Below, piece after piece: positions 9,501 to 22,691 of a stretch of DNA of 64,000 nt. The first letter of the stretch is position 1. Every line of letters starts with the position of its first letter. This DNA comes from Phoronis australis. Taxonomy: Eukaryota; Animalia; Phoronida. Location: assembly GCA_002633005.1 (NCBI GenBank), contig NMRA01000490.1, positions 106,170 to 170,169 of the forward strand, in the 5' to 3' direction. The position numbers and the translations under genes were made by a program. Under the pieces are notes generated by a model, which had not been told where the DNA came from, did no database searches, and was given only the letters and a program-made list of their open reading frames with translations.

Positions 9501-11111
9501 ATGGGCATGTTGAGATACGAGATAAGTAGGAGAAAATACTTCTTCACGAGCATCTTAGGAACGTTTCTATTTGAATTACGGGGGACAAGTGGTGGAAGGT
9601 GTTGGAAAGGCTTCTCGCCTGAAGACGAACCTGTGTGTGCCGTCAACATCACAAATATTGCCCAGTGGTTCGCATCAGAAAGGAGGTATAATGGCACCGA
9701 TTTTCTTTTTATGCGTCTGCACCCGTCTTCGGGTATGCGTAAGGAAGCGAGGGTGTGTTCTGATGAGGAAACTACTCAAGAAGAAGAACAAGTCAAAACT
9801 GTCCACTTAGGTGCTGAACTAAGCGTGAAAACGATAAAGTTTACTGTACATATTGATTATATCTACGCCTTGCTCTGTCTTTCCTGGAACGGAACAAGTG
9901 TGAACTTGACTCTTGACAACACAGCCGTTGACAGAACTGGGAATTTAACGTTTTTGAAAACGAACGAAACGTGCGATTATTTCCAAGGCGTGGCATTTCG
10001 CCCGTTAAGCGACTTCTCTGTTTCGTGTGTCGCCAACGTGTCAAACGCGTTGTTTAGAACTACCGTCAACATAAGTGTATTAGATGTTACTAATGCGCCA
10101 GCTACATATAGTCGTAAACCGACTACAACCGTTGCTAATGGTAACACTGCAGCTGATTTTTCAAATTTCACTACTGCCTATGATTCTACTAAAGCTATAG
10201 ACGATGCAGGTTTACTAACATATCCCAAGTCCGTGACGGCCAGTTGCATTCATCTCCAGGAAGTATCTAACACTACCTATTCGTTTCCGTGCAGCTGTGT
10301 CGCTCTCGGGGGCAACGCAGCGAAGATAGGTCTTGTTCTGACGTCACGATTCACAGGAACCGTACAAGGACCTTCCCCACTTCACATGGGTTTCTCTCCC
10401 ACGCGGTCTCTCAACAGCAAGCCTCTGACTTGTCTGTCGTTTGTCAACGGAGTGGACACAGGTGTTTCATCGACATACACCCTCAAGGTGGCGTTTGGTC
10501 CAACTAAACTGATTCTTACAACTGATGGTGGAATTTTTAACAATGGCGTATACACAATTATCAAAGGAATAAACCAAGCAATAGCATGTATGACGGACAG
10601 TACAAACCCGTCCCCCAAAATAGAGTGGGAGGGGACTAGACGCCCTCACAGCGTGAAATCAGTTCCGGGGGAGCATGGCGGGAAGGTTTACATCTCGGTG
10701 ATGGTAGTAAATAACACTAAAGATATTCTTGGATCACTAGTCGTTTGTAAAGTAACTAATCCGAGGACAGAATTTTTTGAGACGAAAGCGGTAAAGCTTC
10801 GCGGAATTCTTCCGAGTGGCCTGCTGAGTGACAAGCCAGATCAGGGTGCCAGACTGCGAGACTTCATCCCCTATATCGTGGGAGGATTGGCGTTTTTATT
10901 AGGAGTTTTCGTGGCGCTTATCGCGTCAGCTATTGCTTTGTCACGCCAGCGCCGTAGTATGCGAAATTTAAGACCATACCAAGAGGCGAGACATCGGTCG
11001 CCCGAGTTGTCCGCGTCTACCTATTCCATGGCATCACGACGCCACCAGCGTCGCAAGTACTATTACTCCGATGACTCTAGTTCGACCGGTAATTCCGGTT
11101 GGACATACTGA
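9501..11111 (+). CDS. Single-exon Ig-superfamily type I membrane glycoprotein (nephrin/Kirre/Sidestep-like C2-set domains), 536 aa
   Basis: Ig-like Cys pairs: CSCVALGGN...FSPTRSLNSKPLTC and IACMTDSTNPSPKIEW...GEHGGKVYIS...VVCKVTNP. Two more divergent N-terminal Ig-like units, a Thr-rich spacer and many NxS/T sites. TM segment IPYIVGGLAFLLGVFVALIASAIAL followed by RQRR, then a short Tyr-containing tail. AATAAA at ~11242. Confidence 0.85.
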   Translation: MGMLRYEISRRKYFFTSILGTFLFELRGTSGGRCWKGFSPEDEPVCAVNITNIAQWFASERRYNGTDFLFMRLHPSSGMRKEARVCSDEETTQEEEQVKTVHLGAELSVKTIKFTVHIDYIYALLCLSWNGTSVNLTLDNTAVDRTGNLTFLKTNETCDYFQGVAFRPLSDFSVSCVANVSNALFRTTVNISVLDVTNAPATYSRKPTTTVANGNTAADFSNFTTAYDSTKAIDDAGLLTYPKSVTASCIHLQEVSNTTYSFPCSCVALGGNAAKIGLVLTSRFTGTVQGPSPLHMGFSPTRSLNSKPLTCLSFVNGVDTGVSSTYTLKVAFGPTKLILTTDGGIFNNGVYTIIKGINQAIACMTDSTNPSPKIEWEGTRRPHSVKSVPGEHGGKVYISVMVVNNTKDILGSLVVCKVTNPRTEFFETKAVKLRGILPSGLLSDKPDQGARLRDFIPYIVGGLAFLLGVFVALIASAIALSRQRRSMRNLRPYQEARHRSPELSASTYSMASRRHQRRKYYYSDDSSSTGNSGWTY

Positions 11112-11293
11112 GGCAAGACGTGTGGCATTTGGGGGTACACGTTACGAGTTTTAAAACATAAAACGTGAGAAATGAAATTCGTGCTGTAAGAGATCATGAG
11201 TTACTGGTGAACCACTGCACATTGTGTCAAACACCTTGAAAATAAAAATTTCAAAAACTTGATGAGGCTATGTAGAACAAATGTCTGCCATGG

Positions 11294-11350
11294 CAGAGGC
11301 GGATCTACAGGGGGGGGGGGTTCAGGGTGTTCAACCCCCCTCTGGACAGG
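11294..11350. mobile_element. One terminus of a CAGAGGCGGATC-type DNA transposon
   Basis: Terminus and G-run/C-run subterminal pattern resemble the elements at 12644 and 32789. The partner end was not found. Confidence 0.45.
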
Positions 11351-11549
11351 ATCAAAAATGAAAATTGAAAAAAAAAATTCGCCAGAAAAACGAAATCAGC
11401 TACTAAAAACCACAAAAATTGTGTATTTGAACAGACAGTCATTCACGTAAACCATAATGTACTCGCGCACAGAATACTGGACACTTATCTCAAGTTCGTA
11501 CGAAAACGGAACGGAAAAAGTTGGAGCTCAATTTTGAGTTCAATGAAAG

Positions 11550-11611
11550 ATTAGACCGCGGCCCTGGGATATCAGCGAAATGATTAGAACGCGGCCCTGG
11601 GATATCAGCGA
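11550..11611. repeat. Two-copy 33-bp tandem repeat
   Basis: ATTAGA(C/A)CGCGGCCCTGGGATATCAGCGAA occurs twice. Confidence 0.85.
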
Positions 11612-12643
11612 AGTACCATTCAAAGCGCCAATCCACACTCATAACACGTTTTAAATGTAATTGTCTATGAACTGATAACATGGTTTTATGATTGTAAAAT
11701 GTCCCCATACGATGGCAGAGTAAACAGTAATTAGGTTGTTCTCTTAAAAATACACGCGGCATTTGTTTAGAGACGAAAATAAACTGCGCACATCGTCTGT
11801 TACTATTAATTGAATGGCTTTTGTCGGCATATTGCGACACCAAGAAACCCGGTCTGTACAGGAAATGCTACCACGTGAAGCGTTTTATGTAAATCTAGTC
11901 ATATGAAGAACGACCGACGAACTGAAATCTATGGATGTGCGTCACACCATGTTACGTGCTCAGCTAATGACTCCGAGCACAATGAAGCAGTCATTCAGAA
12001 GGCAGTAGGCCTCAGTTCTGTTCCAAACCATGTAGGAATCTGCGCGATGTAAGAATATTCCTACATAGCGTAGGACAACGTGGAAATTCCAACTTGGCGC
12101 ATCAATGTAGGAATTGCAACGATCTTCATGGGTGCGATAATAAAAATCATTTTAAATGCAAAATGTTAAAATGAAGCATGTTTGTACTTTCTCAATTTAG
12201 ACGGTAAAATTTGTTATTCCCTTTAGGTTGTGTGGGTCGACAATTACTTTTCCCGCCACAGGGGTCATGAAAGTGAATGTCTCGTTTTAAAGGCGTTTTT
12301 AGTGGTCACTTTCGCTTATTTTGCTTTCTGTAAACGGTACGTTGGACTTTTTTCGTCGTTTTTATAAACATGAAGCGCAATCATTACGGTCACATCAGAC
12401 TATAGAATATTACCGTATAGCCTCGCAATTAGGCGCATGGTGCCTAATTGCGGGACCGCGTCTAGTTGCGGGACCTAGGCGCATGGGCCTATATGCGGGA
12501 CATTTGAGTAGAACTTGCAGTGATTATGGTGCTCCGAATATAACAGCACCTTCAAAATCTAATTTGCACGTGGATTAATTATAGTGCAAAGTCTTTCTAA
12601 TGACATAAAGCTGAAGAACCTATATTGCTTTTTCGTCTTGGCA

Positions 12644-13597
12644 CATAGGCGGATTTAGGGAGGGGCCCAGGGGCCCGCCCCCCCCCCTTGGCTGGCGCAA
12701 AAAATAAAACAGCAAGAGCGTAGGGAAATATTGAGTTTATTAATTAACCCTGGTAATAAACATTATAACATTATACGGCGGAAACAAGATTTAAATGTGT
12801 ACAGTGTGTTTGGGGCTAAGTATAGGCTCTCCCAGGCGACCGGCAGTGGCGCTGCGCACTACGACTCCGTTTCCGTCGTCTGGAATGAAGAAAATTACTA
12901 CTCTATCACAATGCTAAACGAAATTACTTCATTTGTTCAAGAAAATGGAATCTGAGTAGAACCTGCTAGTAAGATGTGAATTTTAATCGAAGCCTTAGTG
13001 AATCACTCAGAATTACTCATAATTCTCTCTTTGTCAAACCTTAACTTAAGACGATTTCCAAAGCAATCGCGTCATTATTGCCAACACAAAAAACGGATTT
13101 GGTCTTTTGGGCAATTGAAGACTATTTTAAATACAACAAATTTATTACAAACTGATTGCACAAAATATATAAAGTGTAATAAGCATTACAAAAAGAAGTA
13201 GGTTTCGCGCGCAAACGCTGTGGACCATAAACAAGTAAGTCTCTTATATTACTATCAAATTGTGAGTGAAGTCATGGTGGTGCAGTGCTAAGGCACGTGC
13301 GCTTTATCTGCAAGGTCGTGAGTTCTAGTCTGTGGTAATTGCAGTTTTTTCATGTTTGACACGTTCTGTTTTTTTTTTTTTTCTTTTCTTTGCATTTTTA
13401 TCTTGGATACTACTTCAGGAATCAAGGAAAATGCTTGATTTTTAGAGGAAAAAACAGAAAAATTTTCCTTGGCGGGAGGGGGGCAAACCTCCCTCCCCAC
13501 CTCCCCCCATTCGGTGCTATGCGCATCTAATCGTGCTTTGCGCAAATGTTTTCGGACAAAATGTTGCCCCCCTTGTGATATCCTAGATCCGCCACTG
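12644..13597. mobile_element. Non-autonomous DNA transposon with 5-bp TSD (hAT5-like), nested in the Tc1/pogo element
   Basis: TGGCA|CATAGGCGGATTTAGG ... CCTAGATCCGCCACTG|TGGCA. Homologous in reverse to 32789-33123. Confidence 0.85.
13270..13340 (+). other. Degenerate tRNA-like / SINE-head sequence
   Basis: A-box-like TGGTGCAGTG and B-box-like GAGTTCTAGTC at tRNA spacing. The cloverleaf is not intact. Confidence 0.45.
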
Positions 13598-14786
13598 TGG
13601 CAGGAAAATAACAAGTCTACGGATTAGACGTGAAAACCAATGCCACGGTAGTAGACAGTCTGGTTGAACAATCACGACTCGATTGCAGTTAAAACGGAGC
13701 AGTTGGGTATATTTTTAGACGAGATGAATTACGTGTTATTTTATACGCAAGTCGTTCTTGAAAATAAAGAATGTAATGAGTTTTAAAACTGCATTTTTAG
13801 AATTTAATTATTCCTGTAGTCACCCAGGGTGTCACTAATGCCACACGCTGTGTGAAATAAAATGCTTTTAGTGTATTTTTTAAAATCAGTCAAGGTGCGC
13901 TTGTAACTGGAGCACCGCCTGTGCCTAATTGCCTAACTTAGGCGCATGCACCTATATGCGGAACATTTGAGTAAAAAATCTAACGCAAAAAACGCAGTGA
14001 CCCGCATACTGGCGCATGCGCCTAATTACGATGCTATAGGGTAATACTCTAAATGGTGGAAATCAACGGAAAAAACGGAATTTTTAAAACAAACTACAAC
14101 ATCGAATGTTATTTATAAAATCATGACACTACAAACGCGAACACTGGATTCGCACTTAGCGCAAATCTTAGTGTTGCGCTATCTAGGAATTCCGTTGTTT
14201 TAAGAGAATCACCCCCTTAGGGCGACCTATTCACGTATCCTTCACAAATTTTCGCAGGTCCATTAGGCTACTCGATATTCACCAGCTGGTGTTAACGAAT
14301 GAGGTATCTCTTTTTGACATCTGAATAGATTGGGAATACCAAGCAGTATATCAGTATTGGGCGTTCGTGTGTCAAGCACTATATTGACTTACCGGAATTC
14401 AGGTATTTCTATGAGAAGATCCCTTGCTTCGTGAGCAACACCTAGTAAATTTCAGGTTCCCACTGTAGAAATTGGACACATGTAAGAATAAAGGTAATGT
14501 TTTGACTCTACCGAAGCTCTAAATGTCCGTCTGTCTCCATACTCTGAATTTTAGTGTATGACTTTTCGTATCCGACTTATCGGGGCGTGAGTAGGTTTTC
14601 CAACTCGACTTGGAGCTAAACAGTTGTAGGCCTATACGATTTTAGGACGTAATACTTAGGATTCTATTCATTTGATTTAGAAGATAGTTGATGACCAATG
14701 GCTCAATGTCGGTTATTTTTGATTCGAGACCTAGTGAAATGGTATGGATGGATATTACATGGTGCATGAGCAATACTCGTTCTCAG

Positions 14787-15191
14787 GGCCCGGTCTCTAA
14801 TCTTTGTACTCGAAACGAACTCGAAACTATTTTTGGCAATTTCTCTGCTCCTTTTGTGCGAACTTAAGGTAATTGGTTATCAGACTGTGCTCGAATACAT
14901 TATAGTTTATGCATAGGAGTTTCTAGTTCAAGTTTGCCCTTGAAGACCCTTATATTCGTGCTACAAACTCGAGTAAAAACTCGAAATTTCGAGTTCAAAC
15001 TCGAACTTATTGCTTTGATATTGGGTTTACAAACTGTCACGGAACTAAGGGCGATAAATTATCTACCTAAATTATTGTGTACTCGAGCATAGAATAATAG
15101 ACACTTATCTTGAGTTCGCCCAAAAGTAGAGTAGAAAATGCCAAACCTAATTTCGAGTTCCATTTCGAGTAAAAAGATTGGAGAACGGGCC
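14787..15191. mobile_element. PIF/Harbinger-type MITE (CAG TSD)
   Basis: CAG|GGCCCGGTCTCTAATCTTTGTACTCGAAA ... TTTCGAGTAAAAAGATTGGAGAACGGGCC|CAG. Many ACTCGA/TCGAGT subterminal motifs. Confidence 0.8.
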
Positions 15192-18100
15192 CAGGTGATC
15201 CGTGAATGCTCCCGTTCAGCAATGCCACGGGACTCCCGAAATAGCATGAATTCTACACCACGACTAATTGGAGGTGTAGGCAATGGTCCAAAAGTTATGA
15301 TCGAGTGTTTAGACAGGAGCCTGTTTTGTACATGACAATTCAATTTTTCGTGAATGGCTAAGTTTCGTTCGCGACTAATCGGACTAGGTTTTATACAGCT
15401 GTTCACACTTTTCGCGGTAAAAGTCACCACTTGTCACTTGAAACAGAGCACGTTCAATGCGCATGCTCAGTCTGTGACATTTCCCACTGGGTACTCCATC
15501 GTTCTTCCGTGTCGCGTTTTCAATCCATGATTCGCAAGTGCCAACATGGAAGTGTTCCAAAATACTTAACTTTAAATATATGCTGCTCCAGACAATGCTT
15601 TTCGCAGACGATGTATTTGCTCGACAGCGTAAACGATCCCAATGGGTGGAAGAGAATAATACTGTGAATGACGCTAGAGCAGGATTCAGGAAAGGTTCGC
15701 CATAGTGTAAGAAGTTTATTCTAGATATATTAATTAAAACATATCTTTTAAAGCGCAAGAGGACGATTCTGTCAACTTTTTGTCGACTTTACAAAAAAGT
15801 TCGATTTGGTCTGACGAGAGTGTCTTTTAAATCTGAAGTACAAAATGTCAGGTTTTGGAATATATAAGAAAATCTATAAAATTCTTAACAGAAAAGACGA
15901 AGTCTTGAGCCCAGCTGAATGGAGACAGTTATGTTACCAATTTCATCCGGCAGATGGGGCGTGAACATTAAAGGCAGCAATCGCCTCCTTTAATCGTTTG
16001 TGAATGATTGAAGTCATTTGCATAATGCACAAGGCTCGTTTGTATATATCTGTATATTCAGTTTACATTACCTGTTCGCAGATGACTTGGATCTCCATGC
16101 ATGTAAACCGCGAAGCAAGACTACCAAAGTAGACCTACAATGTAACAACATTCAAGGTTCATTTTGTGAACATGCCGAAAGCAAAAATGACCGTGACAGT
16201 CTTACGAAAAGGGGATACCTGAGAAATTGTGAATATTTGCATTTTTTTGGCGAAACAGTATAATAATTTAGGTATTAAGTCTACTCCTACGCGTTTATTT
16301 AAAGTGCTTAAACCACGGTTTACCTTGTTGAGTTTGACAAGTGACAATATTGTCAATATCATTAAACCTTCCTTTATAGCACTACATATCAAAACCGTGA
16401 ATTCAATATCCCAAAAACGAGAAAATAGGTGAAAAGCGGCTTCTGTTGAAAGTTTCTTAGCTCGATGGACATGTGTGTGACGTAAGAAGGTACTCAGCTC
16501 CACTGTGTCATGTCCACCAACACGCGACTTTCTTGTACACTTTGTGCCGCACCCGTTCTTCTTCGAGACCTCGCGGGAAAATGATCGAAGAGTCGCAGCG
16601 TGGCCAAGTACAAAACTGTCACTAACCACCACAAACGCTATGCCTCACCTTTCCTTATTATACCGTAAACCACAGGAAAACGAGCAGATGCATTTATTAG
16701 ACAACTTTTCGCACTAAACACAACGGAGTTGTGATTGGTTGTCCCAGCTTTACGTAATAAATGCTCGTTACTCGATATCAACTAACTAACATATTGTCAA
16801 ATGTGTTTACAGTTGTTTTAATTTGACAGCTGATTGACTGGAGGTGGTGTTTTTGCGATGTGACTGAAGGTAAAGAAATACTACGACGATACCTGACAAA
16901 GCGACAAATGATGTTTCTGTGCTGAGAAGCACGACTAAACATATTCCCGTGCAAATATGGTTAACACTGTTTGGCACAAAAAATATTGCCGGTTATGTTG
17001 CGTCTGGTGGAGAGTAGCGCAGTTTTCTTGTATTTTTGTTATTGCCAATTGTCTTGAACGCTGCCGTGAGAGGAGAGCTGGGTGGAGTGACAATGAAGGA
17101 ACATTTCTAAAAATTGTTAAATACTGGTAAAAGATTATCAAAATGCCAAGTCATGTTACTTTAGTGCACGCCTCTGGTGTGTAAAATGAAACGACTGGGC
17201 ACATAACGATTTGCTGCTTTCTATATTGTTAAACGCCGATCGTTAATTGCATTGGTCTTCAGTTTTAGAGCTACATAGGTACTTCAAGGCGCAGGCGATA
17301 CAGCCGCATTGGTAAGAGAATTTCAAAACACTCTGTTGTTATCTTGACATACAAGACTGGAAAAACTACATATTTTCTCAATCGATGTTGAAAGTAATTC
17401 TGTCATTTTAAAATACATTTTCGAAAAGCAGTCCGTTTCACAACACCTTGTTCGTGTACATCGTCAAGCCATGGTATTTTCGTGCAGGAATATCTGTGTA
17501 GCTTACACATAATCAGTTGATCACCATTATTGACGATGTCATAGTCTCATAGTCTGGAGAAGTGACGATCTGGCATTATCGCGAATGGTGACCAAAGTTT
17601 CCTTTTGTGTGAATTAGCAGAACAATTATCATATCACCAAGGATTTCAATTTGGAAAGTGCTGGTTAATTGGCGAGTGCGAGGCTGGACAAAAGACTACT
17701 GGGAACGCTTAACAATATACCAGATTGATATCTACCAATGAAAACCGCTTTCCGTCTGGAGTTGTTTCTAATGTAACTAGTTCACACGGCGTAGCCCTCG
17801 CAAGACTAAGACGATCAGAGCATTTCTTATTGATAGTTAAGCGAAGGTTTAGAGGAGAGAATATTTCCATGGTTGAAAGGTGGAGTCAAATGTGTATTTT
17901 TTCCCGAAAGTAATTTTGTATTCAGATTTACGTGCGAAGTTTTTGCCTGGAGTCGATAAGGTAGATAACAAAGTATCCAGAAATTTTCTACAGAAATACG
18001 ATTTAAATGCCTTGAGGAAAAATGTTAATTATTCATTTAATGTTGAGAAATGTCGAAATGAGTTTCTTGATATAGCTTAATTTTGGTTTGGACCATAGAC

Positions 18101-21100
18101 ACACAGTAGTCTTCGTGTATTTGATTTAAACATCCTATACTCTCTATGTATTATGCATTTGTATTGTGGGCCAGAGGCCAGAATCTATTCGTGTTGTAAA
18201 CAGACCTCGGCTTCAGCATGTGTACATTTATTCCCACTAAATAAAGATTTTTTTATTAATGTCATTACCATATACCTTCATGATTATCAATTTTAGCGTT
18301 TGCGCGATTAATTTCCAAGATTCCCGGGAAAACCCCGCTCACATGTGTGAACTGGCCAAAAGTTCGCGATTGGACGTTTCGGTATTTTTTTACTCACAAA
18401 AAGACAGAAATTGATTGAACACACGACACTTTTCATTGTTGACAGTCTTTAATCCGTTTTGTTCATATATTCGGAATAAAACTCTACTCTCAATGGAACA
18501 CAGATGAATTAACTGACCTAGCGACATGAGAATGAAACAAGTATGTTTCGAAATATCAAGTACCTTTTAATTATGTATCTATGTCCAAGTGTTAAGGTAA
18601 ATGTTTCCACTTTGAGACAGTGAAAATTAATTATTTTGCTCAAATTTTAGAAATACTCAATACTGGCCGTCCGAAACTCATGAAATACGAGAAAGACAAT
18701 AAAGTTACCGAAATTTTGAAATTTTGGAACGGTACCCGGCCCACTACACGTTTCAATTAGAAAACATCGCCGACTCTGTGCATAAATTGGGAGTAACTTT
18801 AGCGACTAATTTACCGAGGTGACAAATCTAAACAACCTGTGTATCATTTACTGCATCCTTCGAAGAACCCAGCAGTGGAAAGCCACACGCATATGTGACC
18901 AGTATAGTTTTAACCACTGACGGCGAACCGTAAGTAACCCATATGTTGTCGTCACAAGATAATGTTTTTACTGCTTTTAAAGCCGACCAGCTTTCCAAAC
19001 TTGAGCTGGAATTCATATTAATTCACGATATACTTCCTGATTATCCAGTTTCACCCTCCGACAATGTCACCGAGTGTGTTGCCAGCTTTACGTCACGCGC
19101 AGTTTCTCCGCAAATGGCTGTGACTTCGAAATATTCTGTGATAAGTAACAGCATGCAGTGTGCCTATGTTTTTTACCGCAGACAGCAAACGTGAAAATGG
19201 TGACAAAAACAACACAATAAAACCTGATAACAAGTAACAGTCCAAGCTGGAGTATTTTGGGTAAATGTGTCCTTGATGTGAAGGTCTATATTTTGAGAAA
19301 AGCCCTAGATTATCTCGCAAAATGACGACGAGCTGCCCGAATCCCCAGGAGAAGAGAGGAAGATTTGGCTTTGTCTTTCAATCTCCACCCAGAGCGACGA
19401 ACAGAAAATGTTGCTTGGATGGTTATGAACATAGCCGTGTGTGTCCATTCCGGGTGGCCTGAAACGACTATACTCGCCGTTTCAGCTCTACAAAAACTGA
19501 CAGAGAATTGAGACAATGGAAAAGCACGAGCTATTAGGAATGTTCAAAGTGGCCGGAAAGTATAAGCAAGCCAAAAATGTAGAAAAAGTACGATGTACGC
19601 TTGAAACTTTCGTGTCTTGAGTTGCAGCACAGGCAGTTCAAGTTGATGAACTTTATCCAGTGAGCAGAAAGGTAAAGTTAACATAAAAAATAAAATGGCC
19701 ACTAGGGAGAACAGTACTAGTCGGATCCGTCCGAAACACGTGTCATATTTCTCAGCAAAGATCCTGCAAGGGGTTGAGGAGATACAGTCACGGACACAAA
19801 TAAACGAAATTGTCACTAGGGGCCACCACAGGAGTCCAGCTCTTTCAAAAATCAACATCAACCGAAGTCTTCTCAGCAGGAACACATCTGCCAATTTTCA
19901 TCATGACCCCTCAAGCGATGTGGCAGCTAAAGGCGGGCGAAAATCCGATATCATGAAAATCCACCAAGGAACTCCGAAGATGCACCAAGACGCAAACGTA
20001 AAAAACTGAAATTGCCTCTAAGCGTCACAGTGGTGGTCGACACGGTTCGAAACTCGTCGTCATCTGTTGTCAGATTCATAGGAACACACATGCTAAAATT
20101 AGATCCATTACTGAGCGTATGCGGGACGCCCAGACAGGGATGCCGGACGGAAATTTGCACCTACATAAGTACAACATGAGCGCCTAAAAATCACAATACG
20201 ACCATAACTTTAAAAAAGGAACGTTTTATATCAGTAAGATGATGAGACGAGAAAAAAGTAAAAATTGGAATGGTTTTCACATTTTGTGGAACTTCCATGG
20301 TTGTAAACCGTCGTGGATATAAAATGTTAAAAATGATTCCGGCGGATCTAATCCATAGAGTTTTACACTGATGGACAGTTGGTTCCAGAGCACTGGGTTG
20401 AGACCTTAACTGTTTGATGTATTGTTGATTCTTATTGCGAAAATAGAAAGGCGAGAGCTTCAAGTTAGAAAATATCCCACGTGAAAGGGGAGATAAGTGG
20501 CGCACAGATAGGCGTCTACACAAAAAGTCCGTTTCTTAAAAACAATTCAATACAACTCCTAGGGAAAATTTGAGGACAAGAAAATACAGGAGGTGTACCG
20601 AACGAGACGGTAGGGCCTATCGAAAATTTGGAAAGACTAGAAGAGCAGCATTATTATGTACAATATCTTCACCTATTGTCGATAACGCCGGCCTCTTCCC
20701 TTCAAAAATGGTTAGTGCGCAGGCCTCACAAGTCGCATTGCTAATAAGAAAGAAACGCTACTGCACGATTATCTATCTGTACAGGCCCTCTCTTGGTTTT
20801 GCCACCTCACAGCACATTGTAGTATGTCCCACGAGAAGACAGATAACAACTTACTGCGCCGTTGGTTCCACGCCAGTAGTACAGCCGGTGACGCCGATCT
20901 TCTTTGAAACGGGGGATTCCCTGTCATAGCGTTAGCAACCCTTTGACGACTTAAAGCCGGATTGACCAAACCTGTTTTAAACTTTTGAGGATTGGTTAGA
21001 GTTGCAAATCAATACAGTATTTTCGATTTACATGTTCTCGCAGGCAAAACGAACTACGCATAGTTAGTTAATTTAACAGAATCTAACTTATGCGGGCAAA

Positions 21101-22129
21101 CTCCTTCACTAACCTTGCAGGTTAATTTTGGTTGCGTTTAACGAATATTATTTCTTACCACCGGGACTCATAAATCACCACTTCCACCGTTGTGCGTCAA
21201 ACTTGCCAGCCATTGGACATTACCAGGCAGTGTGCAAAGCACAGATTACTGTCTGCACAATCGATCAGACACAACACGGGAACACACGTGTAACTTACAT
21301 CCAATTACCCCCTGAAATCATCCATGCGTGGACTGATCCTGCTTCTAAATAGAGCAAGAGCAGAGAATCTAATAAACATGCAAAAGTTCGAATGCAACAC
21401 TTCATTATAAGGGGAGTATCATATTTCTGTCTCGTGATCAGAATTCGTTGGTGAAATCTCCCGCAAGGAAAATTTACTTCGGCTAGAACAATAGGCGAAA
21501 TGGCAGTAATTATCCACGCAGGTTGCCAAGCGAGTTTTGTTACGAAACCTGCAGCAAGGTGTTAGAAGTCCGTCATTACAGACAGAGTTCAGAGCAACTG
21601 GAGACAGGTAAGGACAATTGTGAGTCTCAGTCCAACAGCAAATCTATTGTCAATAGTGTTTGTTAAGCAAAAAGGAGAGACAAACGAAAATGTGCTCAAC
21701 GGTCAAACTATATAGCGCATATCATTTCAGATCAGTCACAGATACCTTCAGTTTTTGTTCATTAAATTGCTTGTGAAACATAACCGAAGGAACTTTCATT
21801 TTTACAAGAATCACCGAAGTTGTAAGAAAGTTTTGCAAACTGAGGATTAGCAATGATCTGTGACTGCCGGTAGCGAAATTAAAACACCAAAACATATGAA
21901 CAGCTTAAGTTTAATTGTCAAAGTTCTTTGTACAATCAGTCTGTATAAACAAATATAGCTGAAATTATCAAGGATGTACTTGTACCCTAGACGAAAATGT
22001 TTACACAAATCGTCTATATATTCACACTATCTTACACAGGATGTTCTGAGGCATTTTGGGATTGGAGCAACTAGTCTGTATTGCAGCTTAGAATTTGGGG
22101 ACAGTTGTTAATCACTGGTTTGTTTATGA

Positions 22130-22210
22130 ATAGGGCTTTTGAAAATGACATGAAAGGTCAGTGAAGATAGTTCTGCTCTTAATACAATTGTTCCAATGTG
22201 AGGCCTGTGT
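22130..22210 (+). repeat. Short dispersed repeat (TTTTGAAAATGACATG.AAGGTCAGTGAA...GCTCTT family)
   Basis: Other copies at ~23895-24065 (interrupted), ~41800-41890 (reverse) and ~43610-43660 (partial). Confidence 0.7.
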
Positions 22211-22691
22211 ATGTACAAAAAGCTTCTGGTTAAGAATATAACTTTATTATCCCACGTGTGTTTTGCATATGTGAGCCCAGAAATATTCCACAAACAGTTC
22301 ATTTGCAAAACCCAATTAGCTGATATGACTTCATATCAGGCTGACGATATTCATGAAAAACTCTTGGTCATCAATTCATTATTGCTTAGAGATGAAAATC
22401 ATAAATTTCTGATGATCAAGGTTGCATGAAAAAATAATATTGAACATTAATATGAATTCTGATAAACAATTTATATCGTATTTGTTCTAAATTTATCTTT
22501 TACGATAAATTATGATCAAACTTGCCTTTGTAACCACTGTCATGCTTTAACAGAAATGTCATGTATCATTAAAATGATAGTGATGAACAGTAACATGGCC
22601 CATTACCAGTGAACAATTAAATCGTTTTAAGATGACTTCTTATGCAAAACATTTTGAAGCATGTAAATATGCTAAGCTCCAGCTATACACA

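Larger units (their letters stand above)
12413..14041. mobile_element. Tc1/mariner-pogo-type non-autonomous element (TA TSD)
   Basis: TA|CCGTATAGCCTCGCAATTAGGCGCATG ... CATGCGCCTAATTACGATGCTATAGGG|TA. The subterminal motif GGCGCATG..CCTATATGCGG.ACATTTGAGTA occurs near both ends. Confidence 0.8.

Noticed and set aside
15059-16632. ORFs of 123-157 aa on the minus strand
   Set aside because: No recognisable domain, non-ATG starts, and partial overlap with a MITE.
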